Assembly: GCA_964016885.1 (NCBI GenBank)
Contig: OZ024747.1
Span: forward strand, 4,278,001 to 4,342,000
From: Eledone cirrhosa
Lineage: Eukaryota
DNA length: 64,000 bases
Direction: 5' to 3'
In this document: positions 1 through 10,977 of the stretch, piece after piece
Numbering within the stretch: position 1 is the stretch's first letter
How the letters are laid out: every line of letters begins with the position of its first letter
Made by a program: the position numbers and the translations under genes
The notes under the pieces: generated by a model
The model's database searches: none
Told to the model about the DNA's origin: nothing
What the model saw: only the letters and a program-made list of their open reading frames with translations

Positions 1-323
1 TATGGTGATGATGATGATGATGATGACGATTTTGGTGATGGTGATGGTAATTATGATTATGATGTTGGTGATCACGGTTTTGATGGTGATGGTGATGGTG
101 ATGATGATGGTGGTGATGGTTATGGTGATGGTGGTGATGATTATGGTGATGGTGGTGGTGATTATGGTGATGGTGGTGATGGTGATGATGATGATTATGG
201 TGATGGTGGTGATGGTGGTGGTGATAATGGGGTGATGGTGGTGGTGTTGATGATGATAATGGTGGTGATGGTGGAGATGATGATGATGGTGGTGGTGATG
301 GTGGAGATGATGGTGATGGTGAT
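1..323. repeat. degenerate (GAT/GGT)n microsatellite
   Basis: Continuous ATG/GTG triplets; explains the M/V-rich ORF 2..235. Confidence 0.95.
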
Positions 324-639
324 GAAAGCAATGATGTTGACAGACACAACAATGACACCAACCTATAGAAAACAAAAGTTGCATACTTTCCAACACAATC
401 CAAGCTTCTAGAATAAAGTAGATTACTTTGTATTATTCTCTACGGCATCCTCGCCCACCCCAAACCTTTTATTTTAGGGTGATATTTAGACTTAAGAAAC
501 AAATATAAAACATGAGATTTTTTTTTTTTTATTCAATCTTGCAAAATGGCTGACTGAATACACACGTGCTTTTGCTCAAAAGTTTTTTTTTCCCATTTCT
601 TCCTCTTCTCACTTTCTATATTTTTATTTCATCTTTTAT

Positions 640-780
640 TTCTCATTCTATCCACTAATGAAGGAATAGTGTCTGAAACGTAAAGACTTTTCCTACTATA
701 TCAAGCATTAAACTAATATATTTCTTTATTGTACTGTTTTATTTGCTTTGTTGACTCCATTTACTTTTTACTTACATATT
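640..780 (+). mobile_element. degraded Penelope-like pLTR remnant with decayed hammerhead core
   Basis: ctaatga(655-661)...gaaacgta(675-682) resembles CUGANGA...GAAAC-GUA, followed by an AT-rich tail like the other pLTR remnants here. Confidence 0.35.
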
Positions 781-2479
781 TTAAAGTTGTTTAACTGTTA
801 GGCAGCCCTAATTAAGCAGATCTATGTCAAACATGTTCCAGTCATGATGACTGACACATGTAGGACATTATTTAATGTTTCTTTGGACTTGGAGGCAGAG
901 GAACAGGGGGAAAAGAGAAACAGGGAGAAACCAAAAATACAGTATAATATTTGACTAACATAAATAGCTTTGTGGTATCTATACAAAACAGATGCATGTT
1001 TAGAAGACTACTATAACTGCTGACCTTTGAATCCAGGTTTGACTGTTTACTTCTGATTTCATCAGAAGTAAAGAAGTGCAGAAGTCCTACAAATTGTATA
1101 TTAAGAGCGAAAGATAGATTTTAAGCAGCTGAAAACAGATGAACCAATCAGAACTGGATTGTCTATCCTGTGAACTGTTTTAAAAGATGACAGGTTTCTT
1201 TACATCTCTTTCAGATGAGGCTTACTGCAAAGAGTAACAAACTGAAAATATTTGACATATTTTCCCATCTCTCCTTCATCTTGTCAGCCATTAAAATGAG
1301 ATCAAGGTGAATCTACTATTGTATTGAACATGTGAAACTTTCTCTTTTTTTTTCCTTGAGTTGATTTTGTTTTGTTTTGTTTTTTTTTACTATTGAGACT
1401 GTTCTCTCCTTGTTCCTGCTGGCATTGCAATTGTTATCAATGTTGGCTTTGTTGCGAGTCAGTCATCATTTCTTTTGATGCTATTCATGCTGGCTGTTAC
1501 CATTCAAGCTATTGTTGTTACTATTGAAGCTATTGTTGCTACTATTGCAAAACAAAAACATGTAATATGAATATATTTTCTACTCTGTATTATAAAAAAC
1601 TTGTAGTTGACTGTGTCTTGTCTGAATATCTCATGTGTTGCTGAAGATTTAAAAGACAGAAAAAAAAAAACACTTCTGTTTCATCATTAAGAACTGTTGG
1701 ATGTATGCCCCCTCAACAGTCTGTATCTCCCATAATACTTTTGTTCCTTTCTTCTATTATTTCTTGCCATTACTGTCTCTGTCTCCCATTACTGTCTCTC
1801 CCTTCCATTACATTCTACAGCACCCACTCTCATTTCTCTGCCATTCACGCACACATCCTGATTATTTTTCTGTCATTCTCTTCCTCTTGGCCATGTTGTT
1901 TTGAGTGAATGGAGGCAATGTAGAGTGATGACTACTCTTTAGTCCTACCAGATAAAGGCAACTACACTAGTGCTGCTGCCACAATAAAGTGCAAGCAGTA
2001 CATTCTGTAAAGTATTTGGTGATTGAACAAAGACAACGTAGGACGAGAAAGACATAAGAATCTCTCTAGTGCTTGTGCCATGATAAAATATACTCCATAC
2101 CTGTAGATGTATTTTATCAGAGAAACCAGGCCAAAGACGAAAGATACAAACAAGATGTTCTCCTTCGATCCATCTTAGAGGGGCAGTTGCTCTGAATAAA
2201 ACTGACTCAAACTGTGCTGACCTGTATAGTGTGGATGTAGGAGGAGGATTATGATGATATACAGATACACACAACTAATAGTGATAAGCTATTTTATTAA
2301 ACATGTCTTCCAGTGTGACTAGACAAAGAGTCTAGAAGAATTTGGTTCACTGGTAGCAATGTCAGTAGAATGTAATATTCTTTGGGTTGCAACTTATATA
2401 AAAGCCTAATTACTTCTGATGAAAAATGATGCCCATATATGGTGTTGATGGTGGAATCTCCATGTGACATCTACTCATT

Positions 2480-2845
2480 GAATGTACATTCTACAGATAT
2501 GCATATGCAGAGGCCCCCTACAATCATGAATGACCACGGTCTTTGCACCTAGAAAGTTCCCCTTGAGGCACAAAGTTTGGGAAAGGTTTTTATGTGGAAG
2601 ACCAGCAGTCGCCCATGTATACCAGTTTTTCCTTTCCTCGCCACCAATGTTGTCCAAGGGAAAGGTAATGGCTGATACAGCTTGGGACCAGTGATGTTGT
2701 AACTCATTTCTACAGCTGAGTGAACTGGAGCAACATGAAATAAAGTGTCTTGCTCAGGACACAACATATCACCCAGTCCAGGAATTGAACTCACAACCTG
2801 ACGATTGTAAGCCCAATACTCGAACGACTAAGTACTGTATATCCT
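2480..2845 (-). mobile_element. old tRNA-derived CORE-type SINE
   Basis: Minus strand has a box-B-like gtgagttcaattcc, then tgtcctgagcaagacactttatttca...cagctgtagaaatgag, the same head and core as the SINE at 18234. Confidence 0.75.
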
Positions 2846-3179
2846 TCATGTATTTCATGGTATGAATAGTGTGACACAATACATACGACATGGAGGCCTT
2901 TAAATTACAGGTGCAATCCATTCAATGAACTTTCACAGTTTCACTTATATGGAAGCTATGGTAAAAGGCCCAAGAGACCACATTATGGAATTGAACACAG
3001 AACCTTATAATTAACAAGTGAACTGCTTGGTCATATCTGCATCCAAATGTAAATATCTGGACCACCAGTCAGTGTTTTGTAGTTAAACATTGATGAGGTA
3101 TCAGTCAAATCAGCTTGCCAGTGATCATGTCCCAGCCAAACCAATGCCATATAAAATAAAATCCAATTTATTTATCTTC

Positions 3180-3400
3180 TTTTATTATTTTACTGATTTC
3201 CATTATTGGACTGGTGCCATGCTGGAGCATTGCCTTCAAGGGTGTTATTTGATTATAAGAACCCTCTGTACTTTGTCTGGTACTCATTTTGTTGATCTCT
3301 AAATTATTGAATGGCTAAGTTCTTAGGAGTTACATCCCTTTAGTGAGTTGCTTGCCTTTATGGACTTAAATTCCACAAGGCATTTACACCGGTATACAGA
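3180..3400 (-). mobile_element. degraded SINE (3' part)
   Basis: gccatgctggagcattgcc tail motif (reverse complement near 6326-6345) and a ggtactcatttt Meta-like remnant. Confidence 0.4.
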
Positions 3401-3695
3401 AACATGAATATAGACATCCATACAATATACACACACTCATATACATACACATTCATACACTCACACATTATATATATATATATATATATGTATATACGAT
3501 GGACTTCCACTCAGATTCTGTCTGTGAAATAGCACTATCAAGGCATTGGTTTAGCTTTTTCCTTCTCTCATTCCTCTGAAAGAGAAAACTGACTACTATT
3601 GTTATAGAAAACAAGCGATATAACCAGCATAGCTATAATGTACACTTGCTTACACATACAAAAACAAAGTACCAAATTCTTCTCTTAACTTGGAT

Positions 3696-4104
3696 TACTC
3701 TTGTGTCTCGGATACACCCCCCCCCTCTGCCCCACACTTATTAATTTTTCAGACTTTTTCCAAACTCCAACCCCGCTCTAATTCACCCAGCACCACTTAT
3801 TAAATTTTTCTCATGTCAGGCAAAATTTTATTTTAAGTGGTAGCATTTCTGCAACAATTAATTTTCTTTATCCATTAAAAAACATTATACATGACAAAAA
3901 AGTACATTACTAGAAGTTCCATGTGTTATGAAATAAATAGGATGGGTTGGGGGGGGGGGGGGGGGGGGTCACAATATGTAAACTAAATGCTTAATTCTGG
4001 TTTTTTTAAAAGTCAACGTAAGACAACCTAGAAAAATTACCAATTTTCCAACTTCCCTGCTTCTTCCAATGACCCCCATCCCAATTATTTGGGACCCGAG
4101 TGTA
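3696..4104. mobile_element. possible TA-flanked MITE with degenerate TIRs
   Basis: tactcttgtgtctcggata versus reverse complement of tatttgggacccgagtgta (13/19 match). A similar right end occurs at ~62290-62312. Confidence 0.4.
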
Positions 4105-4269
4105 GATATATATAAATAAATGTTCACATCTTATCTACAATACATATTTGATATCTTAACAGTAATTATTACTGATTCAACATAATATCACTTATGTTGC
4201 AGAAACTGATTATTAGAGAATAATAAATATTTTAATTGTCATTATTGTTTCTGCCATAGGCACAAGACC

Positions 4270-4555
4270 ATCTCTTCTTCTTCACCCACTTATTCCAAGA
4301 GGATAGTGGAGGCAGATTCCTCAAACACTCCTTCCAGTGGGTCCTGTTAAAAGCAACTGTCTCCAATTGATTCAGCTGGATCCCCAAGCAAGACCAACCA
4401 AGCTCATAGATGTAACCCAACCCCTGGGTCTCCTGCTGGTTGGTTTTGCCTGTAAGATCTAGCTACTGATTCTTTCCCTAGACATTCTAACCACATGCCC
4501 ATAGTATCTGAGATGTGATCTCTCAATTTGAAGTAGAGAGATGCTGTGCTGAGAA
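4270..4555 (-). mobile_element. Rex3/Expander-like RTE LINE 3' fragment
   Basis: Minus translation YELGWSCLGIQLNQLETVAFNRTHWKECLRNLPP resembles the Rex3-type C-terminus; (AAG)n tail. Related copies at 8535 and 14745. Confidence 0.7.
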
Positions 4556-4587
4556 AGACTCGTCCAGCCCATGCAAGCGTGGAACAT

Positions 4588-5149
4588 CATCGTCATCATC
4601 ATCATCATTTTACGTCCGCTTTTTCCTGCTTGCAAGGGTGGGACGGGTCCTATTCAGCACATCATCTCTCCACTTGTCACGGTCCTTCGTCATCTCCTTG
4701 GTGAGCTCCAGTGATCTGAGGTCCGCTCTCACCACCTCCACCCATGTTTTTCGTGGTCTTCCTCTACTGCGTCTTTCTTCTACCGGGATTTCTTGGCACT
4801 TCTTTATCCAGCGGTCATCCTCCATGCACATCACATGTCCATACCATCTCAGTCTTTTCTCCCACACACTACAACTTATATCTCTTATACACAGTTTCTC
4901 TCTCAACTCATCTATGCTCGGTCGTTCACGTACATTGACATTGCACATCCAACGGAGCAAGCTTGCTTTATTTCTCTCCATCCGTCGCATATCCTCTGCA
5001 GTTGCTGCCCATGTGTCACTACCATGCAGCATCGCACAGCTTACACAGGCAGCATATAACCGTCCTTTCGTACATAGGGAGAAACCCCTCTTTGTCAGCA
5101 AGGGAAGCAGCTCCCTAAACTTCTTCCAACCCGTCCTTATTCTAGATAC
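4588..5149 (-). mobile_element. RTE LINE 3' fragment (subfamily B)
   Basis: ORF 4610..5185 contains KGRLY..MLHGSDTW..RLRWYGHV..RGRPRKTW, ends ..KRT-stop, then an (ATG)n tail. Confidence 0.95.
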
Positions 5150-5911
5150 AGTGGATGTAAAATGATAATGATGCCTCCTTCTCACATTCTCTTATCTGAT
5201 ATTCATGATCTTCTCAATTCTATAATTAGTTCTCTTCTCCCTTCCAGGCTTTTCCTTAGTCAACAACCTATTTTGCAAAAATCTCCATTCTATCACATTA
5301 TGTTTTCATTCTGTATGCACCTTTCATGTTCTTGTCCATCTAACTATCTTTCTTTTATAAATTAACCAATGACTTCTTGACATGCAGTCATTCATTTCCT
5401 CAACTCTCTTGTACTCAGCTTTATAATATTCCTAACATCATAATTACTCCTGTAGTTGAGTAAGAATTCACCTTGCAGTCTTAGCCGTTTACTCCAACAG
5501 AAATGTTTACCTAAACAGATGATGCCTAATGTCATCTGTCACTGACCTCGCCAGATTCCTTTCAAATGACTCCATAAATATCTAGCTCCGTAATCATTAT
5601 ATTTGCTTTGATTATCAACATTTATGTTCTAGGTGTGTACCATAGTGACACCTACAATCCAAGCATGGATACTGGTTATTGGCAACATAGATGGATGACA
5701 TAGAATCAAATTTCAAATTAGATTTTAATTTTGATTCAAGGTTTGCATGAATGAATGGACTCAAAATTCTTGAGGAAGTTATTGACATACTGCACACCCC
5801 CACCACCACATTTGTAAACCTAGTGGGGCCTATTCCCTCTCCACGTGTAAGAGCACACAGTCAAAACAAATTCTACAAGGCATTTTGTCCTTCATTCAAA
5901 TCGTTCACTAC

Positions 5912-6120
5912 CTATAATGGTTTCAGATTTAGGCACAAGGCCAACAATTTTGGGGGAGGAGGAGTCAATTAAATCGATCCCAGTGGATTACTGGTACTTT
6001 ATTTTATCTACCCTCATAAAGATGAAAGGCAAAGCAGGATTTGAACTCCAAACATAAAGGACTGTAACTAATAACCACAAAGCTTGTCTGCTGCTCTACT
6101 GATACTGCCAATCCTCTGCT
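5912..6120 (-). mobile_element. MetaSINE-type SINE
   Basis: Minus strand: ggattggcagtatcagtaga head, gagttcaaatcc box B, ctttgcctttcatc...gataaaataaagtaccag Meta-like domain. Confidence 0.8.
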
Positions 6121-6237
6121 CTGTTATAATGGAAGAATTAAAATTATGAATAAAATGTGCTCTACAGTGCTCAATAGTGACAGAAGAAGCATAGTGCAGA
6201 TGGCAATATTAGAAAAACAAAAAAGCAACAACATTAT

Positions 6238-6309
6238 TCCTCAGTAGTATAGTGGTAAGTATCTCTGATTGCCACATGGGAAACAGAGGTTTGATTCTCC
6301 ACCAGGGAG
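6238..6309 (+). pseudogene. tRNA-Asp-derived pseudogene or SINE head (anticodon position reads GCC)
   Basis: 72 nt, tcctcagtagtatagtggtaagtatc...tttgattctccaccagggag, colinear with eukaryotic tRNA-Asp(GTC). Anticodon and T stems are broken. Confidence 0.8.
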
Positions 6310-6591
6310 GTTTAAATTTTTCAATGGCAGTGCTCCAACATGGTCTCAGACAGTTGGCTGGAACAGGTAATAGAGTATTAGTTTTATCTCTAAAAATGAA
6401 ATTAATACGCCAAAAAAATATAATCTTATGTTTTTAATAGGTTTATATTTTGGAAATTATAGTAATATGTGACAGATAGTCTTAGCTAAAGGTTACTATG
6501 TAAAGAGCTTTGGAACTTGATTTGGTTTTGTTGTCTAAGTAGTGATGGATGGAAAGATAAAATTTTATTACATAGTGTGTATGTGTGTAAA

Positions 6592-6876
6592 TCTTAACTA
6601 TAATAAAGTAAGGAGTGCGGGACTGCATCCAGAATATATTTTGTTATCCTGTTTGTAAAATAAGTTGGATTACTTTGAATAAAATGAATGAATATTACAT
6701 AATTTATCTACTAATTTTCGTTATTCTTGATTAAATATAAATAATTTTGTCGCTTATTTTAAGATTCACTTCTTTAAAATGTTCAAATGTCAACACTTCC
6801 GGTTAGCGATCGCTTAAATAAACAGTCATATATTTCCATCAATGGATTACGTTACTGATTACATAAGACAGTGTAA
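6592..6876 (+). mobile_element. non-autonomous Helitron, 5' part (3'-truncated)
   Basis: Starts A|TCTTAACTATAATAAAG and is colinear with the reverse complement of 16067-16688. Confidence 0.75.
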
Positions 6877-6880
6877 TGCA

Positions 6881-7243
6881 GGTTTTAAAGGATGCAGTGT
6901 CTCGACAGCTAACAACAGATGCAGATAGTTTGTTCCATGGAGGTTTTAAAGGATGCAGTGTCTCGACAGCTAATAACTGATGCAGGTAGTTTGTTCCATG
7001 GAGGTTTTAAAGGATGCAGTGTCTCGACAGCTAATAACTGATGCAGATAGTTTGTTCCATGGAGGTTTTAAAGGATGCAGTGTCTCGACAGCTAATAACT
7101 GATGCAGGTAGTTTGTTCCATGGAGGTTTTAAAGGATGCAGTGTCTCGACAGCTAATAACTGATGCAGGTAGTTTGTTCCATGGAGGTTTTAAAGGATGC
7201 AGTGTCTCGACAGCTAACAACTGATGCAGGTAGTTTGTTCCAT
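6881..7243. repeat. 61-bp tandem repeat, ~6 copies, derived from CR1 ORF end
   Basis: Unit ggaggttttaaaggatgcagtgtctcgacagctaataactgatgcaggtagtttgttccat repeats with period 61. Confidence 0.95.
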
Positions 7244-7520
7244 GCTTCAGCAACTCTAAGCATGAAAAAATGTTTCCGAAATTCATGGGAGCTGTGCTGT
7301 TTTCTGATTTTGTGGTCATGGCCACATGTGTTAGACACATGGAAATCAAAAAAGTACTCAGGGTTGTTGTTGGCAAGATGGTTAATAATTTTGTGGGTGT
7401 TTACCAAGTCAGTTGCCAGATATTGGAGTTTCAATGTATCCATGCCCAGGGAAGCAAGGCGTTCAGAGTATGGTAGATGCCTGATGGGGGGGTATTCGCT
7501 TAGTTGCACATCTCTGAACA
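7180..7520 (-). mobile_element. CR1-like LINE ORF2 C-terminal fragment
   Basis: IRHLPYSERLASLGMDTL...CGHDHKIRK...RKHFFMLRVAEAWNKLP matches the CR1-type C-terminus. Confidence 0.85.
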
Positions 7521-7699
7521 GTGTGTATGTATATGTGTGTGTGTATGTATGTATAATATATATTTCAATTTCATTCAAAATAATAATGTGGTGAATTTTG
7601 TAAGAATTAAATCAGAATTTTTTGTGCTTCATCTTGTTCCTGCAGCCTTTTAGCAGAGTATTTCAGTTTAAATACTTCTAAAGTTATTCACTATTTCTC

Positions 7700-8023
7700 A
7701 CATCTTTGTGATTGTCATTGTCAATGATGCCATCATTGACATCATCAACATTATCGTTATAATCAATATTGTGATGTTCATCAGTGATGGCCACATTATC
7801 ACGTCCAACATCCCATTTGTCATCTTCCTCATCACTTCCATCACCATTTTCATTATCATCTTCATCGCTGCCATCACCACCATCACCACCATCTTCACCA
7901 TCTTCATCGCTGCCATCACCACTGCCATCACCACCATCTTCACCAATGCCATCACCATCTCCATTATCATCATTATCACTGCCATCACCACCTTCATCAT
8001 TATCACCACCAACAACAACAACA
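7700..8023. repeat. degenerate (CAT/CAC)n microsatellite
   Basis: Triplet array. Confidence 0.9.
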
Positions 8024-8314
8024 AAGAAAATTAAAAGGAAATAGCTGAAAAGAGAAAAAGAAACAATGATATGATTTGAGAATAATAAAAGTTTGTTTCA
8101 TTTTTTTCAAATAGTGAATACCTAAAATAGTGAAATAGCTGAAGACTTTAATAGCATGGCTAAAATGTAATAAAGCTATTGCCAATAATTGCTTGAAGAT
8201 ATAGTTGCAGCTGATAGAATCAGTGAACAGATACAAGATGAAAGAGATTTCACAAGATTGTTATCTCATATTTGTGCTTCGATTTATGTCGTTCTGGCAA
8301 ATTATAAAAGAGAC

Positions 8315-8512
8315 AGTATAGTATATATTCTATGTATACTATATTGTATGTAGTGTATATAAGATATTGTATGTAGTGTATATACTATATTGTCTATATA
8401 CTATATAGTTTGTAGTGTATATACTATATTGTATATAATATATTGTATGTGGTGTGTATACTGTATTGTATGTAGTGTATATACAATATTGTATACAGTT
8501 TGTAGTGTATAT
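8315..8512. repeat. degenerate ~24-bp AT-rich minisatellite
   Basis: Recurring gtatatactatattgtatgtagt. Confidence 0.75.
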
Positions 8513-8534
8513 AGATGAACTTTACCACCTGTTC

Positions 8535-8790
8535 AGCTCTGAAACTATGGACGTCTGGTTAGAATATCTCCGCAAAGAATCACTGGACAGATTTTGCGGC
8601 CAAAGACCAACCGGCAGGAGACCCAGGTGTAAACCCTGGGCAAAATGGTTGGATAACATCCATGAGCTTGGCTGGGGATACAGCTGGATCAATTGGAGAC
8701 AGTTGCTTCTGACAGAACCCACTGGAAGGAGTGTTTGAGGAATCTTCCCCCATGACCCTCTCAGGGAGGAGGAGAAGAGATATAGAGGAA
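8535..8790 (+). mobile_element. Rex3/Expander-like RTE 3' fragment
   Basis: RPTGRRPRCKPWAKWLDNIHELGW in ORF 8454..8738. Confidence 0.7.
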
Positions 8791-8794
8791 GAAT

Positions 8795-8938
8795 CAACCC
8801 CAGTACTAGACTGGTACTTTTTTATCGATCTTCTTTAGATGAAAGGCAAAGTTGACCTTGGCAGGATTTGAACTCAGAAACTAAAGAGCTGAAACAAGCA
8901 CTCTCTGATGTTCTAACAACTTTGCCAATTCACCACTT
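8795..8938 (-). mobile_element. MetaSINE-type SINE fragment
   Basis: gatgaaaggcaaagttgaccttggcaggatttgaactcag. Confidence 0.7.
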
Positions 8939-9149
8939 TTGTTCTATCGAACTGCATTGTAACAACTCTGGATTACTTTATATCCTAAAATGAATGAAAA
9001 TAAAAATTTCATTTGAACTTTAAACTTTTGTTAATAATAATAATTTTGTTTAGTGTCTGAAGTAAACAACAACAAAATCAGCCATTGCAGTTGTTTAGCC
9101 TTAAATACAGGCCTAGCAATAATTTAAAAATATGAAGGATTAGGAGGAC

Positions 9150-9486
9150 TGTTAATTTTGTGAAGGACATGACAGCTTCTCTAGTGTTGGTGATGTACAT
9201 AATTAAAGCATCCAGTACTTGCTGTAAAGTGGTTGGTGTTAAGATGGGCATCCAGCCATAGAAAGCTTGCTAAACAAAGAGTTAGGAGGACTGTTTAGTT
9301 TGTGTCAAAAGACATGACAACCTTTCCTGTATACTCAATAGAAGATGAGACCTTACATCAGCGAGATGTAGAGCCTAGCCCCTAGCCTGTCAAGGAGATC
9401 AGTAGCCCCTGCTTCAGTACTTGGTCTATGTAGACCCGTCCAACCCTTGCTAGCAGGGAAAGCAGATATTACATGATGTTGATGAT
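9150..9486 (+). mobile_element. old SINE or LINE 3' end with RTE-type tail
   Basis: gtggttggtgttaagatgggcatccagcc ... acccgtccaacccttgctagcagggaaagcaga..(GAT)n. Confidence 0.65.
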
Positions 9487-9751
9487 ATATATATATATAT
9501 TTACAACAAAGTATATACATGAGTTAACATACCACCTGTGAATGTTTCCTTTAGAAATCAACAGATCAAAGAGTAATGTTGTTTGATGTTAATGGAGTTT
9601 AGAAGATAAACTGATTACAGGAATAACATTTATCCGAATTTCTGAGATAAAGAGTTATTATTTTTATTATTATTGGAAATATATTTATTCAGACTAGTTT
9701 AGTCAGTATAATCTATTATGATTAAGAATTGAGCCCTGTTACTCTGGATGA

Positions 9752-10086
9752 ATCATCATCATCATTTTACGTCCGCTTTTCCCTGCTTGCAAAAGTGGGA
9801 CGGGAACTGATTCTGACTTGATTTCTACAGCTGGATGCCCTTCCTAACACCAACCTCATTTAGAGTGAGTGCTGGGTGCTTTTTTGCCGTGGCACCTACA
9901 CGACCACTTTGCAGTGGAATGATAGGGACCCCAGTCCTATCATCTCATTTCTACAGCTGAGTAAATTGGAGCAATGTGAAATAAAGTGTCTTGCTCAAGG
10001 AAACAAAACATCACCCGGTCTGAGAATTGAACTCACAACCTTTCGATTGCAAGGCCAATGCTCTAACCACTAAGCCATGTGCCTCC
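9752..10086 (-). mobile_element. full-length tRNA-CORE SINE with RTE-derived tail
   Basis: Near-identical to 18234-18578 and 32427-32770. Box A tggcttagtgg, box B gagttcaattc, CORE-like ccttgagcaagacacttt, (ATG)n tail. Confidence 0.92.
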
Positions 10087-10102
10087 ACATATATATATAT
10101 AT

Positions 10103-10738
10103 AAGTATGTATAGGTACATACATATATGTATACAGACGTAGAGTAGTATGTATATATATACATACATGCACATATATATATATATGTACATATGGATTT
10201 ACCGAACATTTATTATAATGCTCAGTTTGTTTGTAAACAAACATCCCGAATTAAGCCGTACAATGTTTAGCAACCATATTTGCCCTTTTGTTCAACACTG
10301 GCAAAGGAACGATGTACTAGTTTCAAGCTTATTAGCTATCGTCAGCACTATACCTTCCTGCCAGATGATTGAACATCTGAAAGTATATACTTTCCTTATG
10401 CATATTAACGGCTGAGCAGCCTAATTTGCATATCGAGTGAGTTAATCGGCCGGGCGTATCGAAAACGATAAATGGAAAAAATGAAACGAATTTCATTTCT
10501 CACTCTTAGTACGGCTGTTACTTAAATATAAATATGTATACGTACATACATATATGTATACAGACGTACTGTAGTATGTATATATATACATACATGCACA
10601 CATATATATATATATGTATATATATACATACTACTGTACGTCTGTATACATATATGTATGTATGTATACATACTTATATTTAAGTAACAGCTGTACTAAG
10701 TGTGCGAAATGAAATTGCGTTTCATTTTTTCCATTTAT
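10103..10738 (-). mobile_element. non-coding hammerhead-bearing element (retrozyme or non-autonomous Penelope-like), ~427-bp unit, tandem plus inverted
   Basis: Direct repeat with period 427 (cagacgt at 10134 and 10561), inverted arms 10468-~10590 and ~10615-10738, hammerhead at 10312-10348, TA flanks. Confidence 0.8.
10312..10348 (-). ncRNA. minimal type I hammerhead ribozyme motif
   Basis: GUG CUGACGA U AGCU AAUA AGCU U GAAAC UA GUA CAU: intact core, 4-bp stem II, palindromic stem III (ACUAGU), 3-bp stem I. Confidence 0.75.
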
Positions 10739-10759
10739 ATATATATATATATATATATA

Positions 10760-10968
10760 ATTAGTACAGATTAAATTTTAAGCAAAGAATTTCTGCTTTC
10801 ACCTTATACGGTATCTTCAGAAGATAGGTGAAAACAGAAATTCTTTGCTTAAACTTTAATCTGTATTAATAATAAATATTTGTTCTACGGGTTTATATAT
10901 ACACTTATAAATATACATCCTTATCTAGTCCTCTTCGGATTTTTGTCTTTGAATTTATTATCACTGTA
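10760..10968. mobile_element. fold-back Penelope-like pLTR remnant
   Basis: Inverted arms ~10760-10804 and 10826-10870. The minus strand has CUGAAGA-UACC..GGU-GAAA near the centre, and a unique tail runs to (TA)n. Confidence 0.65.
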
Positions 10969-10977
10969 TATATATAT

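Noticed and set aside
1026-1090. Possible minus-strand micro-exon containing a 12-bp hairpin (1046-1072) with CTGATGA
   Set aside because: No partner exons, and the hairpin lacks hammerhead topology.
6238-6309. Functional tRNA-Gly(GCC)
   Set aside because: The body is Asp-like, and the stems and box B are mutated.
10423-10430. Octamer ATTTGCAT as promoter element
   Set aside because: A single 8-mer is expected by chance in AT-rich DNA.
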